From assembly GCA_950097015.1 (NCBI GenBank), contig CATNEN010000033.1, positions 806,001 through 870,000 of the forward strand: a DNA stretch of 64,000 nucleotides. The letters run 5' to 3'. The notes beneath the pieces are model-generated. The model saw only the letters and a list, made by a program, of their open reading frames with translations, was not told the DNA's origin and did not search any database. Positions 36,579 through 48,020 of this stretch are shown here, in pieces (positions within the stretch are counted from its first letter, which is position 1; each line of letters opens with the position of its first letter). Source of the DNA: Macrostomum hystrix. Its lineage: Eukaryota; Animalia; Platyhelminthes. The position numbers and the translations under genes were made by a program.

Positions 36579-39500
36579 ATCTGTCTCGCTCTTTTTGTTG
36601 CGACGAAAAATGCATAAGCCTTTAAGAGCTGATTTCACACAGAGAATTTGAGTCACTAGCTGCTGGCAGCTCAACTGCCACGCGAAATGCGATGGAGAAA
36701 AAATTAACTTTGTAGTCCGCCAGATCTGCCAACAGATTTCGCATCCTTCTCACTCCCTACCTCTGCACTTTCTACTCACAATCCCTTCTGACCACCCTTC
36801 TCACCACCCCCTATTCTGCCCTCCCTTCTCATCCTCCCCTATTCTGACCTCCCTTCTCACCCTCCTCTCTTCTGCCCTCCCTTCTCAACCTCCTCTATTC
36901 AGACCTGCCTTCTCAACCTGCTCTCTTCTGCCCTCCCTTCTCATCCTCCTCTCTTCTGCCCTCCCTTCTCACCCTCCACTCTTCTGCCCTCCCTTCTCAT
37001 CCTCTTCTCTTCTGACCTCCCTTCTCACCCTCCTCTCTTCTGCCCTCCCTTCTCATCCTCCTCTCTTCTGACCTCCCTTCTCATCCTCCTCTCTTCTGAC
37101 CTCCCTTCTCACCCTCCACTCTTCTGCCCTCCCTTCTCATCCTCCTCTCTTCTGCCCTGCCTTCTCACCCTCCTCTCTTCTGCCCTCCCTTCTCACCCTC
37201 CACTCTTCTGCCCTCCCTTCTCATCCTCCTCTCTTCTGCCCTCCCTTCTCATCCTCCTCTCTTCTGCCCTCCCTTCTCATCCTCCTCTCTTCTGCCCTCC
37301 CTTCTCACCCTCCACTCTTCTGCTCTCCCTTCTCACCCTCCTCTATTCTGACCTCCCTTCTCACCCTCCTGTATTCTGCCCTCCCTTCTCACCATCCTCT
37401 ATTCTGCTCTCCCTTCTCACCCTCCACTCTTCTGCCCTCCCTTCTCACCCTCACTCTTCTGCTCTCCCTTCTCACCCTCCTCTATTCTGCCCTCCCTTCT
37501 CACCCTCCACTCTTTTGCTCTCCCTTCTCACCCTCCACTCTTCTGCCCTCCCTTCTCACCCTCCACTCTTTTGCTCTCCCTTCTCACCCTCCACTCTTCT
37601 GCCCTCCCTTCTCACCCTCCACTCTTCTGCTCTCCCTTCTCACCCTCCTGTATTCTGCCCTCCCTTCTCACCCTCCTGTATTCTGCCCTCCCTTCTCACC
37701 ATCCTCTATTCTGCTCTCCCTTCTCACCCTCCACTCTTCTGCCCTCCCTTCTCACCCTCACTCTTCTGCTCTCCCTTCTCACCCTCCTCTATTCTGCCCT
37801 CCCTTCTCACCCTCCACTCTTCTGCTCTCCCTTCTCACCCTCCTCTATTCTGCCCTCCCTTCTCACCATCCTCTATTCTGCTCTCCCTTCTCACCCTCCA
37901 CTCTTCTGCCCTCCCTTCTCACCCTCCACTCTTGCTCTCCCTTCTCACCCTCCACTCTTCTGCCCTCCCTTCTCACCCTCCACTCTTCTGCTCTCCCTTC
38001 TCACCCTCCTCTATTCTGCCCTCTCTTCTGGCCTCACCTAACAAAGCAGATACAATGGAAAGCACTGATTGTAAGAATAATTTCCTACCTGTCTATCTAA
38101 CCAAAGCATCAGCTTAGAAAAGCAGTTAATGTTAAACAATGAAACGAAAATTTTATTTTAAAGAAACCTAAAATTCTGGAAATGATAGCAATCCCAGCTA
38201 AAAATAGGTTGAGCCGAGCAGAAGAGAGTGAGAGAGTGACAGAGAGGCCCCAACCTAAAGCCATAGCAGCCGCATGTGAAACAGAATGGGCCACGGGCGC
38301 ATTCAAAATACAATTAAACTATTAAGCGTCAAAGCGTTTTAACAGCGCCCTTCTGGGTGGGTGGGGGCAGAGTTTTGTGAGAGGGTCAACGTCGAAATGG
38401 CCCGGCAGACAGAGGGACTCTTAATAGCTATAGCGACTCGCACGCACACCTGCCAGTTTACCCTTGCATTCAGGTAAGCACAATTGATTTAGACAGGCTG
38501 GGTGGAAGGCAGGTAAAATTCTTATTTTCCGTCTATCACTAGAGCTCATGCCTCATCAAGTCTCTGCTGCACTGTAGTCGCTAGCATTCAATTCGCAAGT
38601 TGTTTACCCACGCGTTTACGCTTTTTCTACGATTTCTAAGAATATAAATTGAATGGGCGCCATTAATATTAACGTGACAATTCAATCTGGTCAGGAGTTC
38701 GAATCGGTTGTTTGCCAGAGAGTTCCAAATTTCATCCAGCAGTAAAATAGGTAGCAGAATTAGCTTGGGTTAGAAATTAGGGTTAGGGCTAGGGTTAGGG
38801 TTAGGGCTAGGGTTCAGGTTAGGGCTGAACCCGTCCCCCAGTCCACGGACTGAACAGCTGTACACAGACTTTATAAGCATCGCGCGATAGCTGCGGCTGT
38901 ACAACAGAGCTAGGTGTAATCTATATTGTAATATTCTGTAGATATTAGTACAGTGTTAATCCTTCGATATACTCAGGCTAAAATAGAGAATTATAGCTTG
39001 AAACTTTATAACAATAGAGTAGCTATGCCTGCAGGCAGTCTCCATACTAAAAGTTTTACTATTGTCGTTTGATGCAAGCTGAAGTTCACACGAACAACAA
39101 CTTGGCTGGCCAGGTAAAATTAATAGGCATAGTCTAAATAGAAACTGCTTTATAGAGGCCGCAACGAGATGAATGAGACAGAAAATGTAGCAAGATTGAG
39201 AATAGACAGACCAGACTAGAGATCAGTGGCATTTTCGCAAACACCCAGCTAGATTTTAACAAAGGAATTTAATTTCATATGAAAATACTCTCACAGATAG
39301 GGCAGTGTATGCCGCATTCAACTGAGATTGAGTCGCTGACACTTTAATATCCCATTTCTCTATTTCGCTAATGCGCTACCCATCAGCACTGAAGGCTACT
39401 TCCCAATTAAAGGAGAAATCCCATAAATAACAATGCTTTTTCTGGAGCACGGCAAGAAACTCAATGCGAGTTTAGACTCCTAGGCAAAATGCGCCCCAGA

Positions 39501-42500
39501 AAAGAGTAGGGAAAAATCTGAGCACTGGCCTGACAACAGGACGTGTCTTTTTTATCTCATTGATTTCACAGAAACAAGAAAGGGTCCACAACTCCGCTTT
39601 TGTGTCCGTTAGCCCTGCGGTTAGAGCTTCGGACATCTTTACGAGAGGTCGGGGGTTCGAATCTCAGAATGAGCTGCGTGCAATTCTATCCCTTCAAAGG
39701 TAAAGAGCCTATATGATACGAAAAAATCGTAATCAGAAGATACGAAAATACAGGATGGCAGAAGGCTCACCTGAACTCAGCGCTGGAGTTGGTGCTGGTG
39801 TTGTTGTCCTCGGAGTCGGTGGCGCCGGCAGCCAGGCTCGGCATGCTCTTGCTCTTGAAGCCGCTGGAGCGCTGATCTGGGCCGTCAGCGATGCCGTTGG
39901 CCATCGTCATGGGCCTCTGGCGCCGTCGACGAATCGCCTGGGCGACGCCGCCGCCGCCTCCAGCGCCAACACTGTCAACCCGAATTCGGACTCGCTGACC
40001 GCGCAATCGTCGTCGTTTCTCCAGATCATCACCGTCGACCGCGGGGACGGCGGCAGAGGCGTCAGCGGCACCGGGGTAGCCGCGTACCGCCATCTGGCGC
40101 CGCAGGAAGTCCTTGGCTCGGGCGAGGGCGTCTCGGCGCGACCCGGCGCCTGAGCCGGCCTCCTCGGTGTCCTCGTCCTCATCATCATCGACAACCTGGC
40201 CGGCTGCTCGATCGGCTGCGGCGTTGCTACTAGCGCCGTCCTCATCCTCATCATCTTCATCATCATCCAGCCCATTTTCGAAATCCATTGCGCTGCTGCC
40301 GCCATTCTCAACCAAGGAGCCAGGTCGGTCCGCCGACATCCGCTCGCAGTTCGCTGCGAACCGCCGTTAGCCGTTCAACTTCCCGCAGCAGCTCGGCCTT
40401 GGCCTGCGCCAGCTGGTCCCGCTGGCCGCTGAGGGCCCGCATTTCCGCTTCAACGCGGCTTCGCCGCCGTTTCGCCTCCTCCTCGGCCTGGGCCGCCTCG
40501 GCTGCCAACGCCTCGGCGGAGCGTCGATGACTTTCGGCCTCCTGAGCGGCTCGCTCGGCCAGTCGCTGCTCCTCCTCCAGGCGGGCCGCAAAAGTGCGCT
40601 CCTGCTTGCGCTCGGCAGCTTCTGCCGTCCGCCTGCAGGCGCCCACGGGCCGCCTCCAGCTGCTCCGCTAGCTCCCTGCGCAGCGCCTCCTCCTTGGCGG
40701 CCTGCTCCCGCCTGAGCGTCTCCAAGCGCTGCGCGTGCTGCTCCTCCTGCTGCTTCAGCAGCCGCTCCTGGCGCTCTCGCAGGTCCCGCCGCCGCTCCTG
40801 CAGGACGTCGTCCAGGCTCCGCTCCATGCCCTGCAGCGCCTGCAGTCGCTCCTGACTGCCGCGCAGCTCGGCCTCGCGACGGCGACGCTCCTCGCGCTGT
40901 TGCCGCTCCAGCTCGCGGGACAGCTCCTCCAGGTCCTGATTCGTAGCGCGCCTGCAGTTCGCGTCGCTGCTCTTCGACTCGCTCGGCATGCCGCCGCTCC
41001 GCCTGCGCCTTCTCGGTGTGCAGCTGCTCAGCTAGGCGAGTCTTCACCGCCTCCAGCTGCCTGGCGGACTCCTGCTCAAGCTTCTTGCGCTCCCGGTCCT
41101 CGGCCGTGCGCAGCTCGGAGCGCAGCCGGCCAATCAGCCGCTCCTTCTCAGCCTCGAGCCGCTGCCGCTCAGTCCGCCTGAATCGCTTGTACATCCCGGC
41201 GCAGCTGCTCCAGACTGTCCTGCTGCCTGGCTTTCAGCTCGGCTTCGGCCTCGGTTAGCTCAGCCCGCAGGCGGTCCTCCAGCTCAGCCTTTTGCTTCAA
41301 CGCCGCGCCGCGCAGAGCCGCCTCGGCCCGCTCAAGCTCCGCCTGGCTGAGCTGCCGCTCCCGAGCCAGCTTCTCGGCACGTTCCGCCTCCAGCGCCCTC
41401 CGCTCGGCCTCAACAGATTCGGCCAGCTGGAGTCGCAGGCGCCGCACTTCGGCCTCCTTTTCCTCCAGAAGCTGCAGCTTCCTATCGTCCAGCTCCATCT
41501 GGTTCCGGTGGCCCAGCCGCAGAAGCGACTGCTCAGCAGCCGAGCTCAATTCCTCGTCGACTCGAGCCGGCGGCCGCAGTGGCGTCCTTGGCGTTCGCGG
41601 CGTCCGACTGGTCAGCGGCTTCCTTGGCGAGCTCTCGTCGAAGGACGAGCGGCCCAGGTCGCGCAGGGTGTTGTTGCTCAACCGGAGACTCTCAGCTACG
41701 CTTTCAAAGTCGTGCTGCTGTTGCAGCATCTCTAATCCGAGTTGAAACCTCCTTGTCAACGTGAAAATCCGGCTCCTGGCGGCCGCCGGTCGCTGACTCG
41801 TCGACATCCTCGTCGTCGTCTTCGTCATCGTCAGGCGCAGCGGCGCTGCCGGCTGCCTTGGCAGCTGCAACACCGTTGGTGGAGGCGGTGGACGGTCGCA
41901 TCTGACTGCCACCAGGCTTCGCCTTGGCATCGGGCGGCGGCGCCTCAGACTCGGTGGTCTCGGTCTCCTCGTACTCAGCAGCCGGCGCTGCGTACTCCTG
42001 CGGCTTCATGAGGCTCAGCCGGCTGCTCAGCGGCTTCTTCGCCCGCTTTCGCCTGCGCCGTCGCCCGCCGTCTTCCGTGTCGCCGCCATTGGCGATACTT
42101 TCGCTTTCGCCATCAACTTCGTCGTCGTCGTCCTCGTCGCCTTCTTCGCCGGCCTCTTCTTCATCGTCATCGGCGCGGCTGTCGCCGAGGTCAAGCAGGA
42201 TACGGCTGCCGGCGCCGATTGCTATCCTACCGGATTTCGTTGCCGAATGATCGGCGAGGCGCGGCGTTCTTGCCGTTGTGACCGGAGTCTGCGGCTGCGA
42301 GGACGCCTCAGCGCCAGCGCCGCCTCTGGAGCCGTTCCGCCCAGGCGATCTGCCTGCGGCCTCCTGGATTCGCTGGCGCTCCTTCGTCACCAGCAGGCGG
42401 TAGTGCTCATCGCACGGATGCTCCCAGCTGGACTGGCCCGTGCGGAAGTTGAAATAGTACACCGTCTCCTCGGCGGCGGTTTTGTCCTGAATCGGTCTCC

Positions 42501-42783
42501 AGTCTGGTGGCAGCGGAGCTACTAGGCCCTCCCTGGCCAGGTACATGAGCTCCGGCTCCGTGTCCACATTGATGCCGATGGCGCGAGCGTAGTCGGCCAA
42601 TTCTTCCGGTGTTGGCTGGTAGTCTTCGATCACCTCCTCCAGGATGACCTGATTGTGGCTACTGCTCTGCTGCTGCTCATTTCTGCTGTCGCTATTGTTG
42701 CTATGGCCGTTGCCGTCTTGGCTGCGAGAGGACATGTTGCTCTCATAATCGTGATCAGGCTCGGAGATTCCCGAGTCGAACAT
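33931..42783 (-). CDS. CEP164: Centrosomal protein CEP164 homologue (~1253 aa if frameshifts are corrected); large exon 42783-39771, intron, last exon 34684-33931
   Basis: N-terminal block EELADYARAIGINVDTEPELMYLAREGLVAPLPPDWRPIQD...YYFNFRTGQSSWEHPCDEHYRLLVTKER is the diagnostic CEP164 WW-containing region. It is followed by long E/R/Q coiled coils and a C-terminal KLAQHRAWLNRF motif. Donor AG|GTGAG at 39771 and acceptor CTGCAG at 34685 join in phase 2. Five +1 frameshifts interrupt the large exon. The start may lie further upstream (in-frame acceptor before 42912). Confidence 0.9.
34737..35085. repeat. 20-bp palindromic minisatellite (CCTGTTAGACAGGATTATAA) in the CEP164 intron
   Basis: Read directly; CCTGT-TAG-ACAGG is an inverted repeat. 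Confidence 0.93.
35452..35612. repeat. (GT)/(GTGA) microsatellite
   Basis: Read directly. Confidence 0.9.
36512..36577. repeat. (CTG)~22 trinucleotide tract
   Basis: Read directly; several shorter CAG/CTG tracts lie nearby. Confidence 0.9.
36740..38025. repeat. 28-bp pyrimidine-rich minisatellite (CCCTTCTCACCCTCCACTCTTCTGCCCT)
   Basis: Read directly. Confidence 0.93.
38777..38826 (+). repeat. Interstitial telomere-like repeat (TTAGGG/CTAGGG), ~8 units
   Basis: TTAGGGTTAGGGCTAGGGTTAGGGTTAGGGCTAGGGTTCAGGTTAGGG. Confidence 0.8.
38835..38900 (+). mobile_element. 5'-truncated 3' fragment of SINE family 2
   Basis: CCCCAGTCCACGGACTGAACAGCTGT...ATAGCTGCGGCTG is shared with the 55592-55770 copy. 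Confidence 0.65.
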
Positions 42784-45009
42784 AATAGGCTGCTGCTGCT
42801 GTTGCTGCTGCAGCTCCGGTGTCGGGCTGGCTTGCTGCTGCAGCCCTGGCCGCTGCTGCAAAATTAGCCCTGTCGGCAGGGACAACACAGGTGTGTGAGT
42901 TAGGCCGAGAAGCTGACAGTTGAATGTCAACTCAACATTTCTAGTCAGATTCTAGTCACTCGAACTGCTCATTCTTTTCAAGACGCAACTTATAAGCTAG
43001 GTGAAATTAGTAAAGGACAAAAAAACTAAATTAATGCAAGTGTGTGTGAGAGAGCCAAGATATTGATAAGCTGGGGCGGAGAGAATATTAAAGTCTGGAT
43101 GACCGGTTCTTTGCTTTACGGTTCGATAAGATATACAGTCACTTTTTCACTCCCTCACCGGCCTTCTCTCGCTAACTCTCACCGAAAAGAAATTGCTGGC
43201 CTTCTAATAAGAAGTTTGCCGCCTAATAAAAACACGCACATAGGTAACAAGTGCGTCTCAATCTGTATCTCACCCTCTCATAGGCATATCCACATTCGAG
43301 GCCGAGCACTAAGCATTCTATGAAATAAAAATAGCTTTGCTCATAATGCACGCCATGGGCCTCGCTCAAAGAAGAAATAAATCACTAGCCTGAAGTGTGA
43401 GGCTAAACTAGCTGTGCAGCAGGGCAAAAAATGGAATGCTAAGCACAACTCTAAGCCGAAATGCGCATAGCAACAGCTAAAATGCAATCAGATGGCTCCA
43501 GTTAGTAAGGCTGGGACTGCGAGTTGGAATCCCAGCTTGGGAAATAGGACACAAGGCTGTACATCTGGTTCAACATGGGTGGAATAAGTAGTGTACATTA
43601 TTGTATTCTAATTGAACCGATGTTAATTATACCTACAAGGTGAGCTGGCGGGTAACGGCATAGAAATAGATTCGATTTTTTCTTTCAACAATGCCTAGTA
43701 GAAGAAGGCAGGTATTGGCAGGTTGGTAGGTGGGTCGATTAATAAATATCCTCAGTTGTAAAGCTCTAAGGAGTCTGGCGACGAGAATGACAACACCTGT
43801 CCGCTGTTGAGTTTGAGCAAACACCCGAGGGGTCACCAGAGGGGAGAAGATCGAACCCTATCGATGAGATTTCAGCGGGATGAAGGATAACAGAGAGGCT
43901 GATTTACTCACTCACTCGCTCGCTCACTCTCTGTAGACGCTCTCTAGGCTTGAAGAAGTATTCTCGGTGAGTTTTATCGCCTTGGATTCGTTAATTCTGC
44001 TGCTGTAGTGCTTATAATATGGCAAAGATTCTGCGGTCGCTTTCTCAATCTGGCACTATAGCACTATCCCCGAGTTCAGAATCTGCCAGGCTGATATATA
44101 TAATAAGAGAGAAACTTGGGCCGCGAGAAGCAAAATACTTATTTTGAGCTTCGGCGGTTTGGGCGAGGTGGGCGCGCTAGAAGAAGATTGGAAAGACAAG
44201 ACTGGGAGGCTAGAAGATGGCTTTAACATCGTCGGTAAGTGAATAGCTAGCGGTTAATTCCTCCGAGCTGTGTGACCAACGCGATAGGGCTAAGGCAAAC
44301 AAACTCCTACGGATGGGTGGAAGCAAGGTCAGGCTGGGCTTTGCCAGCAAACTGTTTGACAGAAGTGAAAGACAGTGAGAAGGAAAGAAGCTAGCGCGCA
44401 CACAGAGACACGAGCGCTCAGCCGCAACAAGAGAGAGAAAGAGAGAGAGAGAAAGGCATAGACGAGATAGTGAGGCTGGCAGGGCCACATAGTCAACAAG
44501 TGCCAAAATGCCTTCCAGCTCATTCAAGATGGCGCAGGCATTCGAAGGATGGGCAACTGCATCTCATCAGCGGAGCTTCACACAGAGACACATAGAGGGA
44601 GAGAGACAAGCGCAGAGAGAATATGTAAAACAAACAGGGCCAGGAGTAACCAAGGCATGATAGCATAGGCTCGTTAACACTATACTCCTATATACCTAGA
44701 TCAGCAGAGAATACCTGATAACAGCTCTTTAACACTGCTCGTACTATTTTAGTCTCGAATTGAATTGTGTTTTTCGTTCTATTTTATGAAACAACAAATT
44801 TGTTTATTTCTCTGACAGAGTACGCCGCCTTACAATGCCGCTCACCCTAAATGGACTTCTGCTCTGTTCCTAGGGTTCCTACCTCCCTCCGCTGTTAAAC
44901 TGTTTGTCTCGGCCATGGCTCGATGCTATAAAGTTATATTAGAAACACACCGAACTAATAATTATTACAAACAATCTGTTAAATTTTGTTAAAAATTTTC
45001 ATGCATGTT

Positions 45010-45382
45010 GAGGGGGGTCGGTGGCAGAGCGGTTAACGCGTTTGCCTCTCGCACCAAGGTCCCTAAGTTCGATTCCAAAGCGAAGCCACATTTATTTGGG
45101 GCGCAGCCGCGGAGAGAAGGCTTGAGGGGTTTGTCATGCAATTTACGCCCGCGAGGGCCAACCTCCAAGGCACAAGTCAAATGTACACTGCCTGACGATG
45201 AGAAAGTCAGGGCAGATGTACACACCTGTGTGAGTGTGTGCCTGCGTACAGTATCTGTGTGCCTGTGTGCCCAGGAGTCAGCGAAATGGGGCAGAATTGC
45301 CTCCTCGCTGGCTGCGGGTCCAGTGTCACCAAATGATGTGCCATTGCCTGCAGACCTCCTGCAATTATTATTATTATTATTA
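45010..45382 (+). mobile_element. Full-length tRNA-derived SINE, family 1, with (TTA)n tail and 12-bp target-site duplication
   Basis: TTCATGCATGTT at 44998-45009 and 45383-45394; Pol III A/B-box head; (TTA)7 tail. Confidence 0.92.
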
Positions 45383-46081
45383 TTCATGCATGTTAAATCA
45401 ATATTGATTGACAGTAACCTAATAATTCCCCTTCTCATCTTACACCAAAATGACACCAAATTGTTCCGAAACAAAGGATGAGTTTAAAGCACAGAATATA
45501 GATAGAAAAAGTTGCTGCACTTTTTGCTTCACAAATCCCAACAGTGCAAGGTAGATTGCAGGTGTAAAATAGCTCATTAAGTTGGATGGATGGATGCAAG
45601 TTGCTGGATGCAAGAGCTTGGGCCATAGAAGAATGGAAAGGAGGGATTCTAGGACAAACTTTTACGCAGTCTCCATAATCCACAAACCAGTATTCTCCAT
45701 TATTCAGGACTACATGAGAAATAGGGTTCCCGCCCCTTCTGCAACTCTTTATTATCAATCCAAAAACCTGTATTTTTATTCCCCCAGACCAAAGCAGCCT
45801 TCTTCTTATCTGATTCCAAATCCATAAAACTAACACCCATATTCACAACCCAAACTCAAGATCCCAAAACTAGGGTGCTAAACTAGGATCCTCTCGGAAA
45901 AAAACTGTATAAAATTGTTTCCAATCGTATCTCCAGGTTCTTATTACATAGAACGAGCACGAGCCCAATTACAAGATTAAGTACCAATGCAAACTAGAAT
46001 GCAGTGAGTACGTTATATTAATCTATCAGTTAAGAGTCAATCAGTTAAGGTATCACAACTAAGGAGTAACCTTTGTAAAAT

Positions 46082-46360
46082 ATTACTATAACTTTACTGA
46101 TCGTCTTTGATGATTGCATGACAGGCCCACAGAAGCAGATAGAAAACTATTTTACAAGAGGCCGGCATAACAATTGTAACGTAATTGACATCACCCAGAA
46201 CTGGTGGTTCGAGCTCCCGAACAAAACAATTCGTGGAAACTGCAATCTTATCCTCCTGTTTCCAACCATTCCACAGGACAGGCTAAAAAGATTAACTGTA
46301 ATTTAAAATTTGCTATTAAAAATGCCTATGAATTTTGCAGGTGAATCGTTGGATCGCGGA
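46082..46360 (+). pseudogene. Maverick/Polinton A32-like packaging ATPase fragment
   Basis: In-frame LLIVFDDCMTGPQKQIENYFTRGRHNNCNVIDITQNWWFELPNKTIRGNCNLILLF: Walker B hhhhDD plus the RGRH arginine-finger motif of Polinton/NCLDV packaging ATPases. No Walker A visible. Confidence 0.8.
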
Positions 46361-46404
46361 AGCACACTCACTAGTGCTCAAGTTTCATACCTTGACAGGC
46401 AACG

Positions 46405-47035
46405 CTACGAGTATATAAATGTTGAGGAAAAAATTACAGAAATCAAAGCCATCAAAGATCGCTTGAAAGCCCTAGAGCGGGCAACACACCAACAACAAAT
46501 AAACATGGAATACGAGTAATTTCTGGAGAAAATATTCCTGGTAATTTTGGAAATGGTGTCTGGTGTCTGACTATTTTTAGTTGTGTTTTTAGAATCAAGT
46601 AAGGCTAAGCGGTCTTGCTTAATTGCTGTAGAAGGCTTTAGTCCCGTCATTCGAGAAATTTCAATATTGAGTTGATCAATGACAGTGGGGAGCCGGTCTG
46701 TCCACTTGGTATAGTATTGGCCACTTTTTAGTTTCAGCTCTTCAGCTGTCTGCTTTGTGAAAAGTCTCTTTGCAAAAGTCAGATTGAATCTTTCAACAAA
46801 AGCCTGGTCTCTATGGAGCTCAGTTCTTCCGTAGCGTATTTTCGTATTGTTCTTTTCCATCAAGCATTTAACTGCCTCCATTAATTCTTTGCCGGGATCA
46901 GTCATAACGGTTTGGGCGTATGTGAGCGGACAGTTTTTGTAAATGTCTTGGAGGGCAGCTGCAACTGCTTCAGATTTCTTTGTCTTAAGTGGTTTCGCTT
47001 CTTTGTATCTGGAGGCAATCTCTATTACTGTGAGC
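46405..47035 (-). pseudogene. Maverick/Polinton retroviral-like (DDE) integrase core, 5'-truncated
   Basis: LTVIEIASRYKEAKPL...IYKNCPLTYAQTVMTDPGKEL...HRDQAFVERFNLTFAKRLF...KWTDRLPTVIDQLN...RMTGLKPSTAIK matches the Polinton integrase pattern; the reading frame is cut by the 35-bp array. Confidence 0.82.
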
Positions 47036-48020
47036 TGCCAATTCTGCAGTCCTACTCACTGCACTACAGCTGCCAATTCTGCAGTCCTACTCACTGCACT
47101 ACAGCTGCCAATTCTGCAGTCCTACTCACTGCACTACAGCTGCCAATTCTGCAGTCCTACTCACTGCACTACAGCTGCCAATTCTGCAGTCCTACTCACT
47201 GCACTACAGCTGCCAATTCTGCAGTCCTACTCACTGCACTACAGCTGCCAATTCTGCAGTCCTACTCACTGCACTACAGCTGCCAATTCTGCAGTCCTAC
47301 TCACTGCACTACAGCTGCCAATTCTGCAGTCCTACTCACTGCACTACAGCTGCCAATTCTGCAGTCCTACTCACTGCACTACAGCTGCCAATTCTGCAGT
47401 CCTACTCACTGCACTACAGCTGCCAATTCTGCAGTCCTACTCACTGCACTACAGCTGCCAATTCTGCAGTCCTACTCACTGCACTACAGCTGCCAATTCT
47501 GCAGTCCTACTCACTGCACTACAGCTGCCAATTCTGCAGTCCTACTCACTGCACTACAGCTGCCAACTCTGCAGTCCTACTCACTGCACTACAGCTGCCA
47601 ATTCTGCAGTCCTACTCACTGCACTACAGCTGCCAATTCTGCAGTCCTACTCACTGCACTACAGCTGCCAATTCTGCAGTCCTACTCACTGCACTACAGC
47701 TGCCAATTCTGCAGTCCTACTCACTGCACTACAGCTGCCAATTCTGCAGTCCTACTCACTGCACTACAGCTGCCAATTCTGCAGTCCTACTCACTGCACT
47801 ACAGCTGCCAATTCTGCAGTCCTACTCACTGCACTACAGCTGCCAATTCTGCAGTCCTACTCACTGCACTACAGCTGCCAATTCTGCAGTCCTACTCACT
47901 GCACTACAGCTGCCAATTCTGCAGTCCTACTCACTGCACTACAGCTGCCAATTCTGCAGTCCTACTCACTGCACTACAGCTGCCAATTCTGCAGTCCTAT
48001 TCCCTGCACTACAGCTGCCT
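47033..48020. repeat. 35-bp highly homogeneous minisatellite (GCTGCCAATTCTGCAGTCCTACTCACTGCACTACA), ~28 units
   Basis: Read directly. Confidence 0.95.

Noticed and set aside
41740-41760. 17-nt GT...AG mini-intron as the explanation for the first CEP164 frameshift
   Set aside because: Removing it does not yield the downstream coding frame.
39713-42867. Plus-strand ORFs over CEP164, and likewise antisense ORFs over the SAM, MAGUK and lectin genes
   Set aside because: Antisense shadows of GC-rich coding sequence.
44525-44535. AAGATGGCG YY1-like motif as a CEP164 promoter mark
   Set aside because: A single short motif with no TSS evidence; the track's 44210-44527 ORF starts at TTG and looks non-coding.
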